This document shows, one piece after another, positions 47,628 to 57,815 of a stretch of DNA of 64,000 bases. Each line of letters opens with the position of its first letter. The first letter of the stretch is position 1. The notes beneath the pieces were generated by a model, which saw only the letters and a list, made by a program, of their open reading frames with translations, was not told the DNA's origin and did not search any database. The DNA lies in assembly GCA_965207065.1 (NCBI GenBank), contig OZ242260.1:160001-224000 (forward strand), given 5' to 3'. Made by a program: the position numbers and the translations under genes. Origin of the DNA: a bacterium (GTDB taxonomy: Bacteria; UBA8248).

Positions 47628-49478
47628 ATGCCGCATCGTTTTCGTCTGCTTGGCGCCATCATTTTCGTTCTCGCACTTGGATTCGCCGGAAGCGCTCAGG
47701 CGCAGAGCTTCAGCAACGTCGTCGTCTTCGGCGACAGCCTGAGCGATTCGGGCAACGCGGCCGCCGCATCGGGGCTGCCGCTGCCGCCCGGCACCAGCTT
47801 CACCACGAACCCCGACCCCGTCTGGGCCGAAATAGTCGCGGAGTCCTTCGGCGCATCCGGTGCATACTCGCTCGCGGGCGGGCCGAACTACGCCTTCGCC
47901 GGAGCGTGCATGAACCCGGCTACGCCCTGTGATGTCGACGATTCGCCGACCGTGACGGAGCAAATCGGCATGCATCTCGCCGCACGGGGCGGTAGCCTCG
48001 ACACGAATTCGCTCTATACCATCTGGGGCGGTTTGAACGACATCGCCGACTCCGCGCTGAGCAATCCGGCTACCGCGCTGGGCCACGTTATCGCGGCCGC
48101 AGACGTGAACGCCGCGCAGATACGCCGCCTCCGAGAAACGGGCGCCCGCCACATCGTGGTGTTCAACATGCCCGACGCCTCGCTGGCGCCTTTCGCCGTC
48201 GCCCTGGGTCCAGCCAATCAAGCGGGGCTCAGAGCACTGGTCGACCAATACAACCAGAAACTCTACGCCGGCATTCGCGAGAACGAGGGGGGCGTCGTTC
48301 CCATCAACATCCATGCCGCGCTGGGCGCGCTCGCCGCGAACCCGGGGAGGTACGGCATTACCAACACCAACGGAACGGCATGCGGGGTGCCGAATGCGGG
48401 CAGCGCGGTCTCCATCCAATGCGGGCCTGCGGGTACTCCCTTTCCCGTAACCTATGCGCCCGGCGCGAACGAGACGTATCTGTTCGCGGACCGCAGCCAT
48501 CCAAGCGGCGCTGTCCACGCGATGCTCGCGAACATGGTCACCTCCACGCTCGCGGCTCCGCTGCAGGTATCTCTTGCGGGCGAGGCGGGCGCAGATGCGG
48601 CGGCCGCTCACCACGGCGCCATTTCGGCGGAGCGGGATGCCGACTTCGCACTGCCCGAGGGAGGCTGGCGCGGTTATGCGCGGGGGCAGTTCGGCAGGAA
48701 CGACGCAGGCGCTCTGCCGCGTCTCGGGGAAATCGAATCCGAGATGACCGGCATTACCCTGGGCGCAGGCCATCGCGCCGGGCCGGACCTCTCCTGGGGC
48801 GCCGCGCTCAGCGTCGTCCGCCACGGGAACGAACTTTACGGGGCGAACCTGGAGGGCGACGTCGTGCTCGGCTCGCTGCACGGCGCGTGGCGCAGCGGCG
48901 GCCTGCAGGTGAGCGTCGCCCTGACCCTGGGACAGTCGTCGATAGACGTCGAGCGTCCGGTCACTCTCGCGGCGTTCACGCGCACCGAGCGCGGCTCCAC
49001 CGAAGCCGCCCAGTTCGGGGGCGAATTCGAGCTGGCGTGTATGCTGGGCGCTTCGGAGACGCTCCGGCACGGCCCGTTTTTCGGACTCTCGCTGCTCAAC
49101 CAGGAGGTCAAGGGCTACCGGGAGAGCGGGAATTCCTCGACCGCGATGAATTTTTCCGATTTCTCGCGCAACTCGCTCATCATGAGCGGCGGCTACCGCT
49201 TCGGCTGGAGCGTGGGCGGACTTCGCCCCTACGCCCGCATCGCCTATGAGCATGAACTCGAAGACGACCCCATCCTCGTCTCGGCGGGGTCGAACACCAT
49301 GCCGGGGCGCTTCAGCATCCCGGGCTTCGAGCCTGCGAGCAGCATCGTGAGCACCGACTTGGGCGTGAGCGCGAAACTGGGCGAGCGCACGAGCGGCCTC
49401 TTGAACTACTCCGGACGCTTCGGCGAAGACTCGCGCCGCAGCCACCAGTTCTCGCTCGCCTTGAGGATGGTGTTTTGA
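47628..49478 (+). CDS. GDSL/SGNH lipase autotransporter (EstA-like)
   Basis: FGDSLSD, NYA.AG, GGLND, FADRSHP; barrel ending in Phe. Confidence 0.93.
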   Translation: MPHRFRLLGAIIFVLALGFAGSAQAQSFSNVVVFGDSLSDSGNAAAASGLPLPPGTSFTTNPDPVWAEIVAESFGASGAYSLAGGPNYAFAGACMNPATPCDVDDSPTVTEQIGMHLAARGGSLDTNSLYTIWGGLNDIADSALSNPATALGHVIAAADVNAAQIRRLRETGARHIVVFNMPDASLAPFAVALGPANQAGLRALVDQYNQKLYAGIRENEGGVVPINIHAALGALAANPGRYGITNTNGTACGVPNAGSAVSIQCGPAGTPFPVTYAPGANETYLFADRSHPSGAVHAMLANMVTSTLAAPLQVSLAGEAGADAAAAHHGAISAERDADFALPEGGWRGYARGQFGRNDAGALPRLGEIESEMTGITLGAGHRAGPDLSWGAALSVVRHGNELYGANLEGDVVLGSLHGAWRSGGLQVSVALTLGQSSIDVERPVTLAAFTRTERGSTEAAQFGGEFELACMLGASETLRHGPFFGLSLLNQEVKGYRESGNSSTAMNFSDFSRNSLIMSGGYRFGWSVGGLRPYARIAYEHELEDDPILVSAGSNTMPGRFSIPGFEPASSIVSTDLGVSAKLGERTSGLLNYSGRFGEDSRRSHQFSLALRMVF

Positions 49479-49716
49479 GCGGGGCGGGGGAAAAGGGTTG
49501 GGGCCGGGCGACAAACGAGTCGCAGGAGAGATTGTCCCACGCATATATGCGGTCCGACCGACGGCGGTGAGCAAATCCCTCGGCGCCGGATAGCAGGACC
49601 GCTCGCCGCTCCGCCCGATGCGGCCTTGCGGCTTTCCGGGAAAAGCGCGATGATGAAACGTCTAACTGAGGCGAAAACAGGTTATTTCATCCTCCATACA
49701 AAGGAGCGGAAAACCC

Positions 49717-50049
49717 ATGAGCAGCGAGTTGGCGGCCAAGGAATGCGTGCCTTGCAAAGGCGGCGTGCCCCCGCTTGAGGGAGAGGCCCTCTCCGCCCTG
49801 CAGGAGCAGCTGGGCGGCGATTGGCAGGTGGTGGACGAGCATCACCTGGAAAAAGAGTACCGCTTCCCCGACTTCCGGACGGCGCTTGATTTCACGAACC
49901 GGGTGGGTGAGATGGCCGAGGAGCAGGGCCATCATCCCGACATCTATCTGGCGTGGGGGAAGGTGAAGGTCACCGTGTGGACGCACAAGATAAACGGCTT
50001 GACGGAGAGCGATTTCGTCTTCGCGGCCAAATCGGACCAGGCATTGTAG
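49717..50049 (+). CDS. phhB: Pterin-4-alpha-carbinolamine dehydratase
   Basis: CVPC, HHPDI, WTHKINGL..DF. Confidence 0.94.
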   Translation: MSSELAAKECVPCKGGVPPLEGEALSALQEQLGGDWQVVDEHHLEKEYRFPDFRTALDFTNRVGEMAEEQGHHPDIYLAWGKVKVTVWTHKINGLTESDFVFAAKSDQAL

Positions 50050-50127
50050 AGAACGCATTCTTATCGTGAGGACGCACGAAGAGGACGTGAAACCGCGTCC
50101 TCTTTTTCTTTTCGGGGCAGGGGAAAC

Positions 50128-51192
50128 TTGCGAATCGCTTTTCTGAACTCCTGGACCCTCGACGTCGCGAAAGGCTCGGGCACGGCGGCGGCCATCACGG
50201 GCCTGGCGGGCGGGCTGGAAGCAAACGGGCATACGGTGGAGATCATCGGCCCGGACGAGCGCGCATCGAGCCTTCTGCTCCAGAGGCTGCTGTATAATCT
50301 GGAGTTGAAGGACCGCATATCGCCCGATGATTTCGACCTCATCGTCGGCTTCGACATCGACGGCTTCGACCTGAGCATAACAGTCCCCTTCATCGTCTAT
50401 CTGCACGGAATCTCGGCCGACGAGATGCGATTCGAGCGCGGCGCGCCTCGCCAGTACCTGCGCGCGCTCTCCCATCTCGAACGCGCCAACGCGCATCGCG
50501 CCGACAGGGTCATCGTCACCAGCGAATACAGCCGGGGCGTGGCCTGTGAGGCGTATGGACTGCCGGCGGAGAAAGTCGGCGTCGTGGGAAACGGAATCCA
50601 TCCGGCCCATTGGGAGCGCGTGAGTGAGTTGAGGCGTCCGGCAGGCCGCACCATCCTCTCGGTGGCGCGTCAATACCCCAGGAAGAACACCAGGAGCCTC
50701 GTGGGGGCCATGCCGAGGGTGCTCGCGGCCGCGCCCGATGCGAAGTTGCGCGTCGTGGGCGGCGGCCCGGAATGGAAGAGCCTGGAAAAACAGGTAGACA
50801 GGCTGGGCCTCGGGACCGCCGTGACGCTTCTGGGCGAGGTGCCCGGCGACGAGGCCGTGCGCCGTGAATACGGGGCGGCGGACGTTTTCTGCCTGCCCTC
50901 GCTCCAGGAGGGCTTCGGCATCGCATATCTCGAAGCCATGGCGGCGGGCCTGCCCGTGGTGGCGCTCGACGTGGCGGCGGCGCCCGAGATTGTGGGGGAT
51001 GCGGGCGTCCTGCTGCCGCCGCCTGTGGATGAGGCCGCCCTGGCCGGCGCGCTCATCGACCTGCTGAAGAACCCGGCCTTGCGCGAAGAACTCGGCCGGC
51101 GCGGAGTCGAGCGCGCCGCCGCATACTCTTGGCGCGCCGTGGCCGGGCGCTTCATCCGGGAGGTCTCTCCCTGCCTGGGCGGCGCACCCTGA
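50128..51192 (+). CDS. Glycosyltransferase family 4
   Basis: RKN, PS.QEGFGI..LEAMA.GLPVV. Confidence 0.93.
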   Translation: MRIAFLNSWTLDVAKGSGTAAAITGLAGGLEANGHTVEIIGPDERASSLLLQRLLYNLELKDRISPDDFDLIVGFDIDGFDLSITVPFIVYLHGISADEMRFERGAPRQYLRALSHLERANAHRADRVIVTSEYSRGVACEAYGLPAEKVGVVGNGIHPAHWERVSELRRPAGRTILSVARQYPRKNTRSLVGAMPRVLAAAPDAKLRVVGGGPEWKSLEKQVDRLGLGTAVTLLGEVPGDEAVRREYGAADVFCLPSLQEGFGIAYLEAMAAGLPVVALDVAAAPEIVGDAGVLLPPPVDEAALAGALIDLLKNPALREELGRRGVERAAAYSWRAVAGRFIREVSPCLGGAP

Positions 51193-52056
51193 CTCCCCGC
51201 GCCCCCGAATGCGGGCAGTTGCGGGGAGATGCGCGGTAGGCGAAAAACTTTATTTACCGCCATATCTGAGTGCAGGACGCTAAGATTTACATGGCAACCC
51301 TTTTGATTACAACCACTTGCAGGAGCACAACATTTCAGGAATTTATCGAAAAACCCCGTGAATTTATCTGAATTTATCGAAAATATGATTATTTGCATTT
51401 TCTTCGTCACGCCTGGGCCCACGAATACCCCTCCCCTGCTCATGGTGATGAAACCCGAGAGAGAATCGAGGCCGAACCAGGCCAATGCGGCTGAAACCGC
51501 CGTCATCACGCTCACCCCATCGCCTGAATCCATGAGAAAGCCTCCGCGTCTTTTGTCAATTCCGGCTGAGGAAGAAGGAATTGACCGAATCATGCGGGAA
51601 AATCGTTTTCCCGCGCCTGGCGCACGATAACAGAGGGCGGGGTTGCAGGAAGTACGGCAATTGCGGGGAAATGCGGGTCAAAGCTGGAGGGAGACAGAGT
51701 TTACGTCTTAGTAGGGGCGGCTCGCGAGCCGCCCGAATTCTTTTGAAGTTTTCGTCATTCCCGCGAATGAAGGTGAGAATCGACAGGTTGACCAGAATCA
51801 ACGTGTTACTCGTGAACGTAGAGCTTCCGTAGTGGTGTCGGACTTCCTCGAGGAGGGGGAGTTCGAGCGTGTCCGCCCTATGGCGTTAGAGGGGAAAGAC
51901 ACCGTAGGGGTGTCGAGCTTCCCCGATGAAGGGGAGTTCGAAAGCGTCCGCCCACACCCCCCTCGCCTGCTTCCAGCTGTTCGTTGATTCGGAGGGAGAA
52001 GGTGGGGCAGGCTTAGTAAGAAGTAGACAATCGCCATTCTCACTAATAACTATAAT

Positions 52057-53019
52057 CTATTCATTACCATAGTCTGGTTCATATTCAGCCTCTCGTTCTT
52101 CTGTTTCAAAATGTTCCGTCTCCAAGCCAGCCACTTCAATTTCTGCTTGGTTTACTAAGTGAAGTTCACAAACAGCGCAGTAAAATTCTTCTGCAACAAA
52201 GCATTTCTCAACAATTTCCCACAATCCCCCCCACCAATCCTCTCCCACATCAGAGATTGCGTCTACGACAATTTCTTCTCCATATTGTATTCCCGCCATA
52301 AACGCCTTTCCTTCGCAAGCGGGACATTTCAATTCCCAATCCGCATCAGATATGAGCGTGAAAAAATCGCGATACTGAAATACGCTTTTGGTCTCGGCGT
52401 CAGCAAGGGCTTTCTCACGGTCTCGTTTATTCTTTTTCTTAAACTCATTTGCTGCATATTCGATCTTGGTCTTAACGGCATCTCTAATTGCTTCTTGAGC
52501 TTGTTTGACAATCTCTTTGGGGGCCTTAGCTCGGTCGGCTCCTAACCATTCATCTAATGAAGAAAATGATATCTCTAATATTAGTTGAATAGCATGCCAG
52601 TAATGACGCTCCCAAGCCTCTAATTTCATGTTTTGAAATGGAACTTCACCAGAATGCAATTCTGCATTTCTCCTGTGAGAAATCGCATCGCAAAACTTTT
52701 TTACATTCTCATCGAATTTCTTTGACAAGCGACGTAGCCGTTCGAATAGTGTTTTAGCTGTGATCGTCTTTATATCGGTACTAATGTTTATACCCGATGC
52801 AGCAAAAAGTGACTGGTAATGAGTAGGATCGACTATCAAACTAGGATGAATCGAAGATAGCGTAGACTTGCCCAGCAATTCGATCGAAAGCGAAGCCCAA
52901 AGCTGGTATTGATCTAAATCTCCTTGACTCTTACATCGAAGCGCCCTCTGTATATAAACTTTAGATTTTCCTAGTAACGCTTCTTTCTCTATCGCTAATT
53001 GTAGATTACCCTTTTTCAT
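52057..53019 (-). CDS. Putative HEPN-domain protein with C-terminal Zn ribbon and acidic tail
   Basis: RNAELH (R-x4-H), CPAC..CAVC; ATGA overlap with the upstream gene. Confidence 0.7.
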   Translation of the reverse strand: MKKGNLQLAIEKEALLGKSKVYIQRALRCKSQGDLDQYQLWASLSIELLGKSTLSSIHPSLIVDPTHYQSLFAASGINISTDIKTITAKTLFERLRRLSKKFDENVKKFCDAISHRRNAELHSGEVPFQNMKLEAWERHYWHAIQLILEISFSSLDEWLGADRAKAPKEIVKQAQEAIRDAVKTKIEYAANEFKKKNKRDREKALADAETKSVFQYRDFFTLISDADWELKCPACEGKAFMAGIQYGEEIVVDAISDVGEDWWGGLWEIVEKCFVAEEFYCAVCELHLVNQAEIEVAGLETEHFETEEREAEYEPDYGNE

Positions 53020-53738
53020 TGAACGTACACCCTGAGAAGTAAACGATCCGTTGTAGTATTCAACTGCTCTCCACGACCGTGGAGAACGCGCCAATTATCA
53101 ATAACAAGCACATCACCAATACACCAAGATATTTTATTGAGTTGATGCTTCTGTTTGACATAGCTGTAGAGTTCCATCGCTACTTTACTTTCTTCGTTAA
53201 TAGCCACCATACAACCAGGATCGAGGCGGATAAATTTTCGCTGAGTTGATAAAATGCTTGAATAAAAGGATCTCCGTCCATTTTTAATCAGGAATACTGA
53301 TGACTGAACTAATGTCCGTTCCTCTGGAGATAAAATTATTTCAGAAGTATCAAGTAACAACGTAGATGTAGGGATAGCCCCAGGATTGACACAACCAAGA
53401 AACATATAACGACAAGGAACGCGCCAATGACTGGTATCACAATGCAAGGGGAATGGTGCTAAACTATATCTCCCGCTTAATGAATTCGGGTTTCCCGTTT
53501 CTGCATGTCGGGGAGAGAGTTTTTCGACGACCCCAAATTTATGACGAAAGGGTTCTCCGATGCGAGAAGCAACAGTTTCCAGAAATTCTGCTAGCTCATC
53601 AGGATCGCTAATGCCAGCCGATGTCTTAGCCCAGCCTTTACGTTGTAACTCTTCGAGAAAGCTTGACTCAGAATGCTCGAACCATTCTTTTATACGCAAA
53701 CCCAATGCTAAGTTCTCACTACACATAAGAAACACCAC
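53016..53738 (-). CDS. TauD/TfdA-like Fe(II)/2-oxoglutarate dioxygenase
   Basis: FPLHCD (HxD), W..GD..VIDNWRVLHGR, R.L.R. Confidence 0.85.
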   Translation of the reverse strand: MVFLMCSENLALGLRIKEWFEHSESSFLEELQRKGWAKTSAGISDPDELAEFLETVASRIGEPFRHKFGVVEKLSPRHAETGNPNSLSGRYSLAPFPLHCDTSHWRVPCRYMFLGCVNPGAIPTSTLLLDTSEIILSPEERTLVQSSVFLIKNGRRSFYSSILSTQRKFIRLDPGCMVAINEESKVAMELYSYVKQKHQLNKISWCIGDVLVIDNWRVLHGRGEQLNTTTDRLLLRVYVQ

Positions 53739-53945
53739 CCGCTCTGGCCTGCTACACCTCGTCTATGTCGGACCGTTAATTCATTTCCAATCTCGTCCGC
53801 TCATAGCTCTGTAAAGACTGGCAACGTCCCGGATGAAATCTCTCCCTGCATGAAGGGATGTACACCCCATTTCACCACTGAAGGCTTTTGGGGTATCGAC
53901 GCGCCATGACCATTTCCTATTATGCAACTAAATTGAAAGGATTAC

Positions 53946-54290
53946 TTAGTCTGGAAATGCGCGAATGAACGTAATAACAAGAGCAACCTTCCCTAGCGGT
54001 GTTTCTACCTGCACAATTTCACCAGCAGCATCTCTAGGCAAGGAAAATTCAACCACAAACTCTATTCCGCCAGACGGTGCAAAATATCCTTGTACTAATT
54101 GGATGCCCTCTGGAATCTTGACTGTAATTTTGAAATCAAACTTCTGCTTCTCTGTATTCTACACGTAGCTTCCATCGTACTCGCCGCCTGCTGAGTCTGC
54201 TCCGATGACCATGTTAGTATCCAAAACAATGACCCCGGCACCAAATCCAGCTGAGCCTGCGTACTCAATTTTATAAAAACCTTCCCTCAC
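53946..54290 (-). pseudogene. GrlR-like small beta-barrel gene with one in-frame amber stop
   Basis: RBS GAGGAG; MREGFYKIEYAGSAGFGAGVIVLDTNMVIGADSAGGEYDGSYV*NTEK..; TAG at 54161-54159. Confidence 0.65.
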
Positions 54291-54531
54291 ACGAATTCTC
54301 CTCTAAGGAAACGCTAAATGAACGACCTTACGGTATCATGTCCTAATGTTCATCTACAATTTTGAACTCTTACTTTATGATAGATTAAATTGACTTAGGG
54401 GATTTTTTACTACCTCCTCAACCTCTCCGCTGAAATCCGTGATGCCAACACATGCCCCCGAAACGAGAGAAGAAACCATCCAGCTCAGAATAGCGATTGA
54501 CAAGCAACGCTTGACAGTCGACTATCACTGC

Positions 54532-54843
54532 ATGAAGAAGAAACCCCCCATGCCCATGAAGAATCCACCGCATCCCGGCAAGGTCGTGCGCGTATCGTGT
54601 CTGGAGCCGCTGGGCCTGAGCGTGACCGAAGGCGCCAGGGCGCTGGGCGTCAGCCGCCAGGCGCTCTCGAACCTGGTGAACGGGCGCGCGCGGGTGTCGA
54701 GCGAGATGGCGATTCGCCTCGCCAAAGCCTTCGGCTCGACGACGGAGACCTGGATACGCCTCCAGACGGCCTACGACATCGCCCAGGCGCTTGAGCGTGA
54801 GGATGAAATCAAGGTCGAGCGCTACGAGCCGCAACCGGCGTGA
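54532..54843 (+). CDS. higA: HigA-family antitoxin
   Basis: [29 protein letters not shown]. Confidence 0.93.
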   Translation: MKKKPPMPMKNPPHPGKVVRVSCLEPLGLSVTEGARALGVSRQALSNLVNGRARVSSEMAIRLAKAFGSTTETWIRLQTAYDIAQALEREDEIKVERYEPQPA

Positions 54844-54913
54844 GGCGAGGTTATTGAAAAAGCCCCCTTTCAAGGGGTAGAAGCGATACCCCCACCCGCT
54901 CGGAGCCGATCAA

Positions 54914-55103
54914 ACACCCCAAGATCCAATCTCGCTGAGGAATTACCGGGAGTTCGGTTGAGCAGAAAGCAGAACAGCAGGGTGACGATCGCCCGCGCTA
55001 GTCGGCCGCGTCCTCGCCTCGGGCGTGCGCCAGCTCGCGCGCGCTCGGGTTGACCGACGGGCGGAAGGGGACCTCGCAGACCTCGGCGCGGTCGGGCCGC
55101 CCC
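54914..55103 (-). repeat. Duplicate of the 3' end and downstream flank of the GcvT-like gene
   Basis: Aligns with about 56008-56201; encodes PDRAEVCEVPFRPSVNPSARELAHARGEDAAD. Confidence 0.93.
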
Positions 55104-55252
55104 GACACGGCGATAAGGATTGCGAGGTTCATCCCTACGACGCGGAGAATTGGAGCCGCGTCGGGGAAATGATAGGATGGGTCGCTCCGCGAGGCTCCAT
55201 TCCAGACCCCACAAGGAAAACGGACGATGCAAAGCGTTGAGAGACTCGCGCC

Positions 55253-55747
55253 ATGAAGCCCACCGCATACATCGAAACATCGGTTATCAGCTATCTCACT
55301 GCGCGACCATCCCGCGATGTCGTGGTCGCAGCGTATCAGGAAATAACACGCGAGTGGTGGCGAGATGCGCCGGACAGATTCGCTCTCGTCGCCTCGGCGC
55401 TCGTCGTCGCGGAAGCCGGAGCGGGCGACAAGGATACGGCCCACTCCCGCATGATGGCCCTCGAAGGCGTTGCGCTTCTTGATGCAACCCTGGACGCCGA
55501 GGAACTCACCCGGAACCTGCTTGATTTCGGGACGCTTCCGCGCCAAGCCGTCGATGATGCCGCGCACATCGCCATTGCCGTTACGAATGGCGTCGATTAT
55601 CTGGTAACATGGAATTTCCGGCACATTGCGAATGCCGCAATGCGAGGCCGGATCGAGCGCGTATGCAGAGAGTCGGGTTATGAACCGCCCGTCATATGCA
55701 CGCCCAACGAACTGATGGAGGCCGACCGTGCGGACAACGCAGACTGA
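55253..55747 (+). CDS. PIN-domain (VapC-like) protein
   Basis: YIETSVISYL, DAAHIA.A, DYLVTWNFRHIAN. Confidence 0.92.
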   Translation: MKPTAYIETSVISYLTARPSRDVVVAAYQEITREWWRDAPDRFALVASALVVAEAGAGDKDTAHSRMMALEGVALLDATLDAEELTRNLLDFGTLPRQAVDDAAHIAIAVTNGVDYLVTWNFRHIANAAMRGRIERVCRESGYEPPVICTPNELMEADRADNAD

Positions 55748-55922
55748 CCCCATAATCGCCGAGGTCCGGGCCGCGCGGGATGCGCACGCGGCGCGCTTCG
55801 GTTACGACGTGGCGGATATTTTCCGGGACATTCGGGCCATGCAGGACGCATCCGGTTCCGAATACGTCCGCCGTCCCGCGCGCCGCGTCACCGCCATACC
55901 CGACGATTCACCATCGCCGTAA
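55728..55922 (+). CDS. Small PIN partner protein (probable antitoxin)
   Basis: DPIIAEVR..RD.HAARF.YD; overlaps the PIN stop. Confidence 0.75.
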   Translation: MRTTQTDPIIAEVRAARDAHAARFGYDVADIFRDIRAMQDASGSEYVRRPARRVTAIPDDSPSP

Positions 55923-56094
55923 TGCCCGGCGCGGACGACCGGGCGGATACGATCGAACTTCTCTTCCTCAGGAAGCTCGACACCCCTACAAAACCCTCCA
56001 TCTCCCATCACCCCCGCAAGACCCGATCTCGGTGAGGATTCGCCGGGAGTTCGGTTGAGCGGACAGCAGAACAGCAGGGTGACGATCGCCGGTG

Positions 56095-57399
56095 CTAGTC
56101 GGCCGCGTCCTCTCCCCGGGCGTGCGCCAGTTCGCGCGCGCTCGGGTTGACCGACGGGCGGAAGGGGACCTCGCAGACCTCCGCGCGGTCAGGTTTCCCC
56201 GGCTCGCCGGCATACTCGTCCGGCAGCCAGACCAGCAGCTCGGTCCCGACCGCCGACTTGCCGACCGGCACGTAACCCAGCGCGATGTTGCACCCCAGCT
56301 CCGGGGCGTGCCACGGCGAAGTCAGGTAGCCGATCGGGTCGCCTCCGCCTGTATCCGAGACCAGCCAGAAGTCGGGCGCGTAGTCGTCGATCGGCTTGCC
56401 GCCCAGCTTCATGCCCACCATCACCATCGAGAACGGCGGACGCCCCGCGTCGATCTCGTCCCGCATCCGTTCGAGGGCCGCCCGGCCGATGTAGTCGCCC
56501 TTTTTCCTGCGCGGCACCTGATAGGCCAGGTTGCACTGAAAAGGCGCCGTCTCGTGGTCGATGTCCTGCCCCCAGGAGAGGATGCCGGCCTGGATGCGGC
56601 GCTGATGGCCGGGAGCGGTGACCATGAGCCGGTGCGGTTTGCCTGCGTCAATCACCGCGCGCCAGAGCTTCTCGGCGTGCAGGGTGGCGTCGCGCAGATA
56701 GATCTCATAACCCTTCTCTCCCGAAAAGCCGGTCTGGGTGACGACCACCGGGCAGCCCGCGACCTCGCCTTCGAGGACGCCGTAGTAGGGGATGTCCCGG
56801 ACGCCCTCGCCCAGTAAGTCGACCATCAGCGCGAGCGACTTCGGCCCCTGGATCTGGAGCGGGCAGACGTCGATCTCGTTGATCTCCACGTCCATCCGCT
56901 TCCCGACGTTGACGCCTTGCAGCCAGAACAGCAGGTCGGAGTCCGCCAGCGAGAACCAGAATTCCTCCTCGGCCAGGCGCAACAGGACCGGGTCGTTCAG
57001 AATCCCGCCCTTCTCGTTGCAGAGAATGACGTACTTCGCCTGCATCGGCCGGATGCGGGTCGCGTCGCGGGTGATGACGTAGTCGACGAACCGCTCCGCA
57101 TCCGGTCCCCTGACCTGGATCTGCCGCTCGACCGCGACGTTCCAGAGCGTCACGTGGTTCGTCAGCGCCTCGTGCTCGACGGCTGCGCCGCCCGCCTCCG
57201 GCCTCACGTAGCCGCGCGGATGGTAGACGCGGTTGTAGACCGTGGCCCGCCAGCAGCCCGCCTCGTGGGAGAGATGCCAGTAGGGCGACTTCCGCACCCG
57301 CGTGGAGATGAGCATCTCCACGGGCGTCCGACCACTCTGGCGCAGGTTGACGGGAACGATTCGGTCGGACTGGTCGACGCTGTGCGGCTGGCCGCTCAT
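56095..57399 (-). CDS. GcvT-family aminomethyltransferase (DmdA-like)
   Basis: RKSP, VYN, WNVAVERQ, GILNDPV, QIQGP, GFSGEKGYEIY. Confidence 0.88.
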   Translation of the reverse strand: MSGQPHSVDQSDRIVPVNLRQSGRTPVEMLISTRVRKSPYWHLSHEAGCWRATVYNRVYHPRGYVRPEAGGAAVEHEALTNHVTLWNVAVERQIQVRGPDAERFVDYVITRDATRIRPMQAKYVILCNEKGGILNDPVLLRLAEEEFWFSLADSDLLFWLQGVNVGKRMDVEINEIDVCPLQIQGPKSLALMVDLLGEGVRDIPYYGVLEGEVAGCPVVVTQTGFSGEKGYEIYLRDATLHAEKLWRAVIDAGKPHRLMVTAPGHQRRIQAGILSWGQDIDHETAPFQCNLAYQVPRRKKGDYIGRAALERMRDEIDAGRPPFSMVMVGMKLGGKPIDDYAPDFWLVSDTGGGDPIGYLTSPWHAPELGCNIALGYVPVGKSAVGTELLVWLPDEYAGEPGKPDRAEVCEVPFRPSVNPSARELAHARGEDAAD

Positions 57400-57457
57400 G
57401 GCTTCTCCTGCTCCGCCGCGCCTTAGGACTTTCCGGCGCGGCAAACGCTCGCTCCCC

Positions 57458-57680
57458 GGGGCTGATGAAAAAGTCCTGATTTCGTGATTCGGTTCAACGA
57501 ATGTAAAGTTGTAGGGGTCGCATATATGCGACCCTGCCTTTTATGCCTGTCGACCATGGGCCGCATATATGCGGCCCCTACATGACCAATCACACCCGTT
57601 CGCGCCGAGCCGGTTTCCCCTCCACCATCGCGTGAGACTCCATACTGCCCGTAACTTGAACGGGCTTTTTCAGCAGCCCC
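57458..57680. mobile_element. MITE-like element C containing a REP-like pair
   Basis: Ends GGGGCTGATGAAAAAGTCC / GGGCTTTTTCAGCAGCCCC; GTAGGGGTCGCATATATGCGACCC at 57511 and an inverted copy at 57558-57581. Confidence 0.7.
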
Positions 57681-57751
57681 CTCGCGGGGCGAGTTCGCCG
57701 CCGCTACCGGGGCGTCCCCCGACTCTCGCGACCCTTGAAAATAACGCTGAT

Positions 57752-57777
57752 TATATGCCATATATGCCGTATATGCC
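57752..57777. promoter_or_regulatory. Triple 9-bp direct repeat, candidate operator
   Basis: TATATGCC at 57752, 57761 and 57770. Confidence 0.45.
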
Positions 57778-57815
57778 ATGTTTCAAGGCTGACCCTTCCG
57801 ACTCCGGGGCCGGGC

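Noticed and set aside
1384-54161. Amber recoding, since four pseudogene stops are TAG (1384, 1417, 19235, 54159)
   Set aside because: Many intact genes here end in TAG (e.g. 15132, 42707, 60407), and the caspase and IS256 remnants have other lesions
54998-55753. 251-aa minus-strand ORF as a real gene
   Set aside because: Antisense to the PIN gene; its GcvT-like tail comes from the duplicated 3' end
56095-57399. Calling the gene dmdA or gcvT
   Set aside because: Family is clear but orthology needs a phylogeny; no gcvH/gcvP or dmdBCD adjacent
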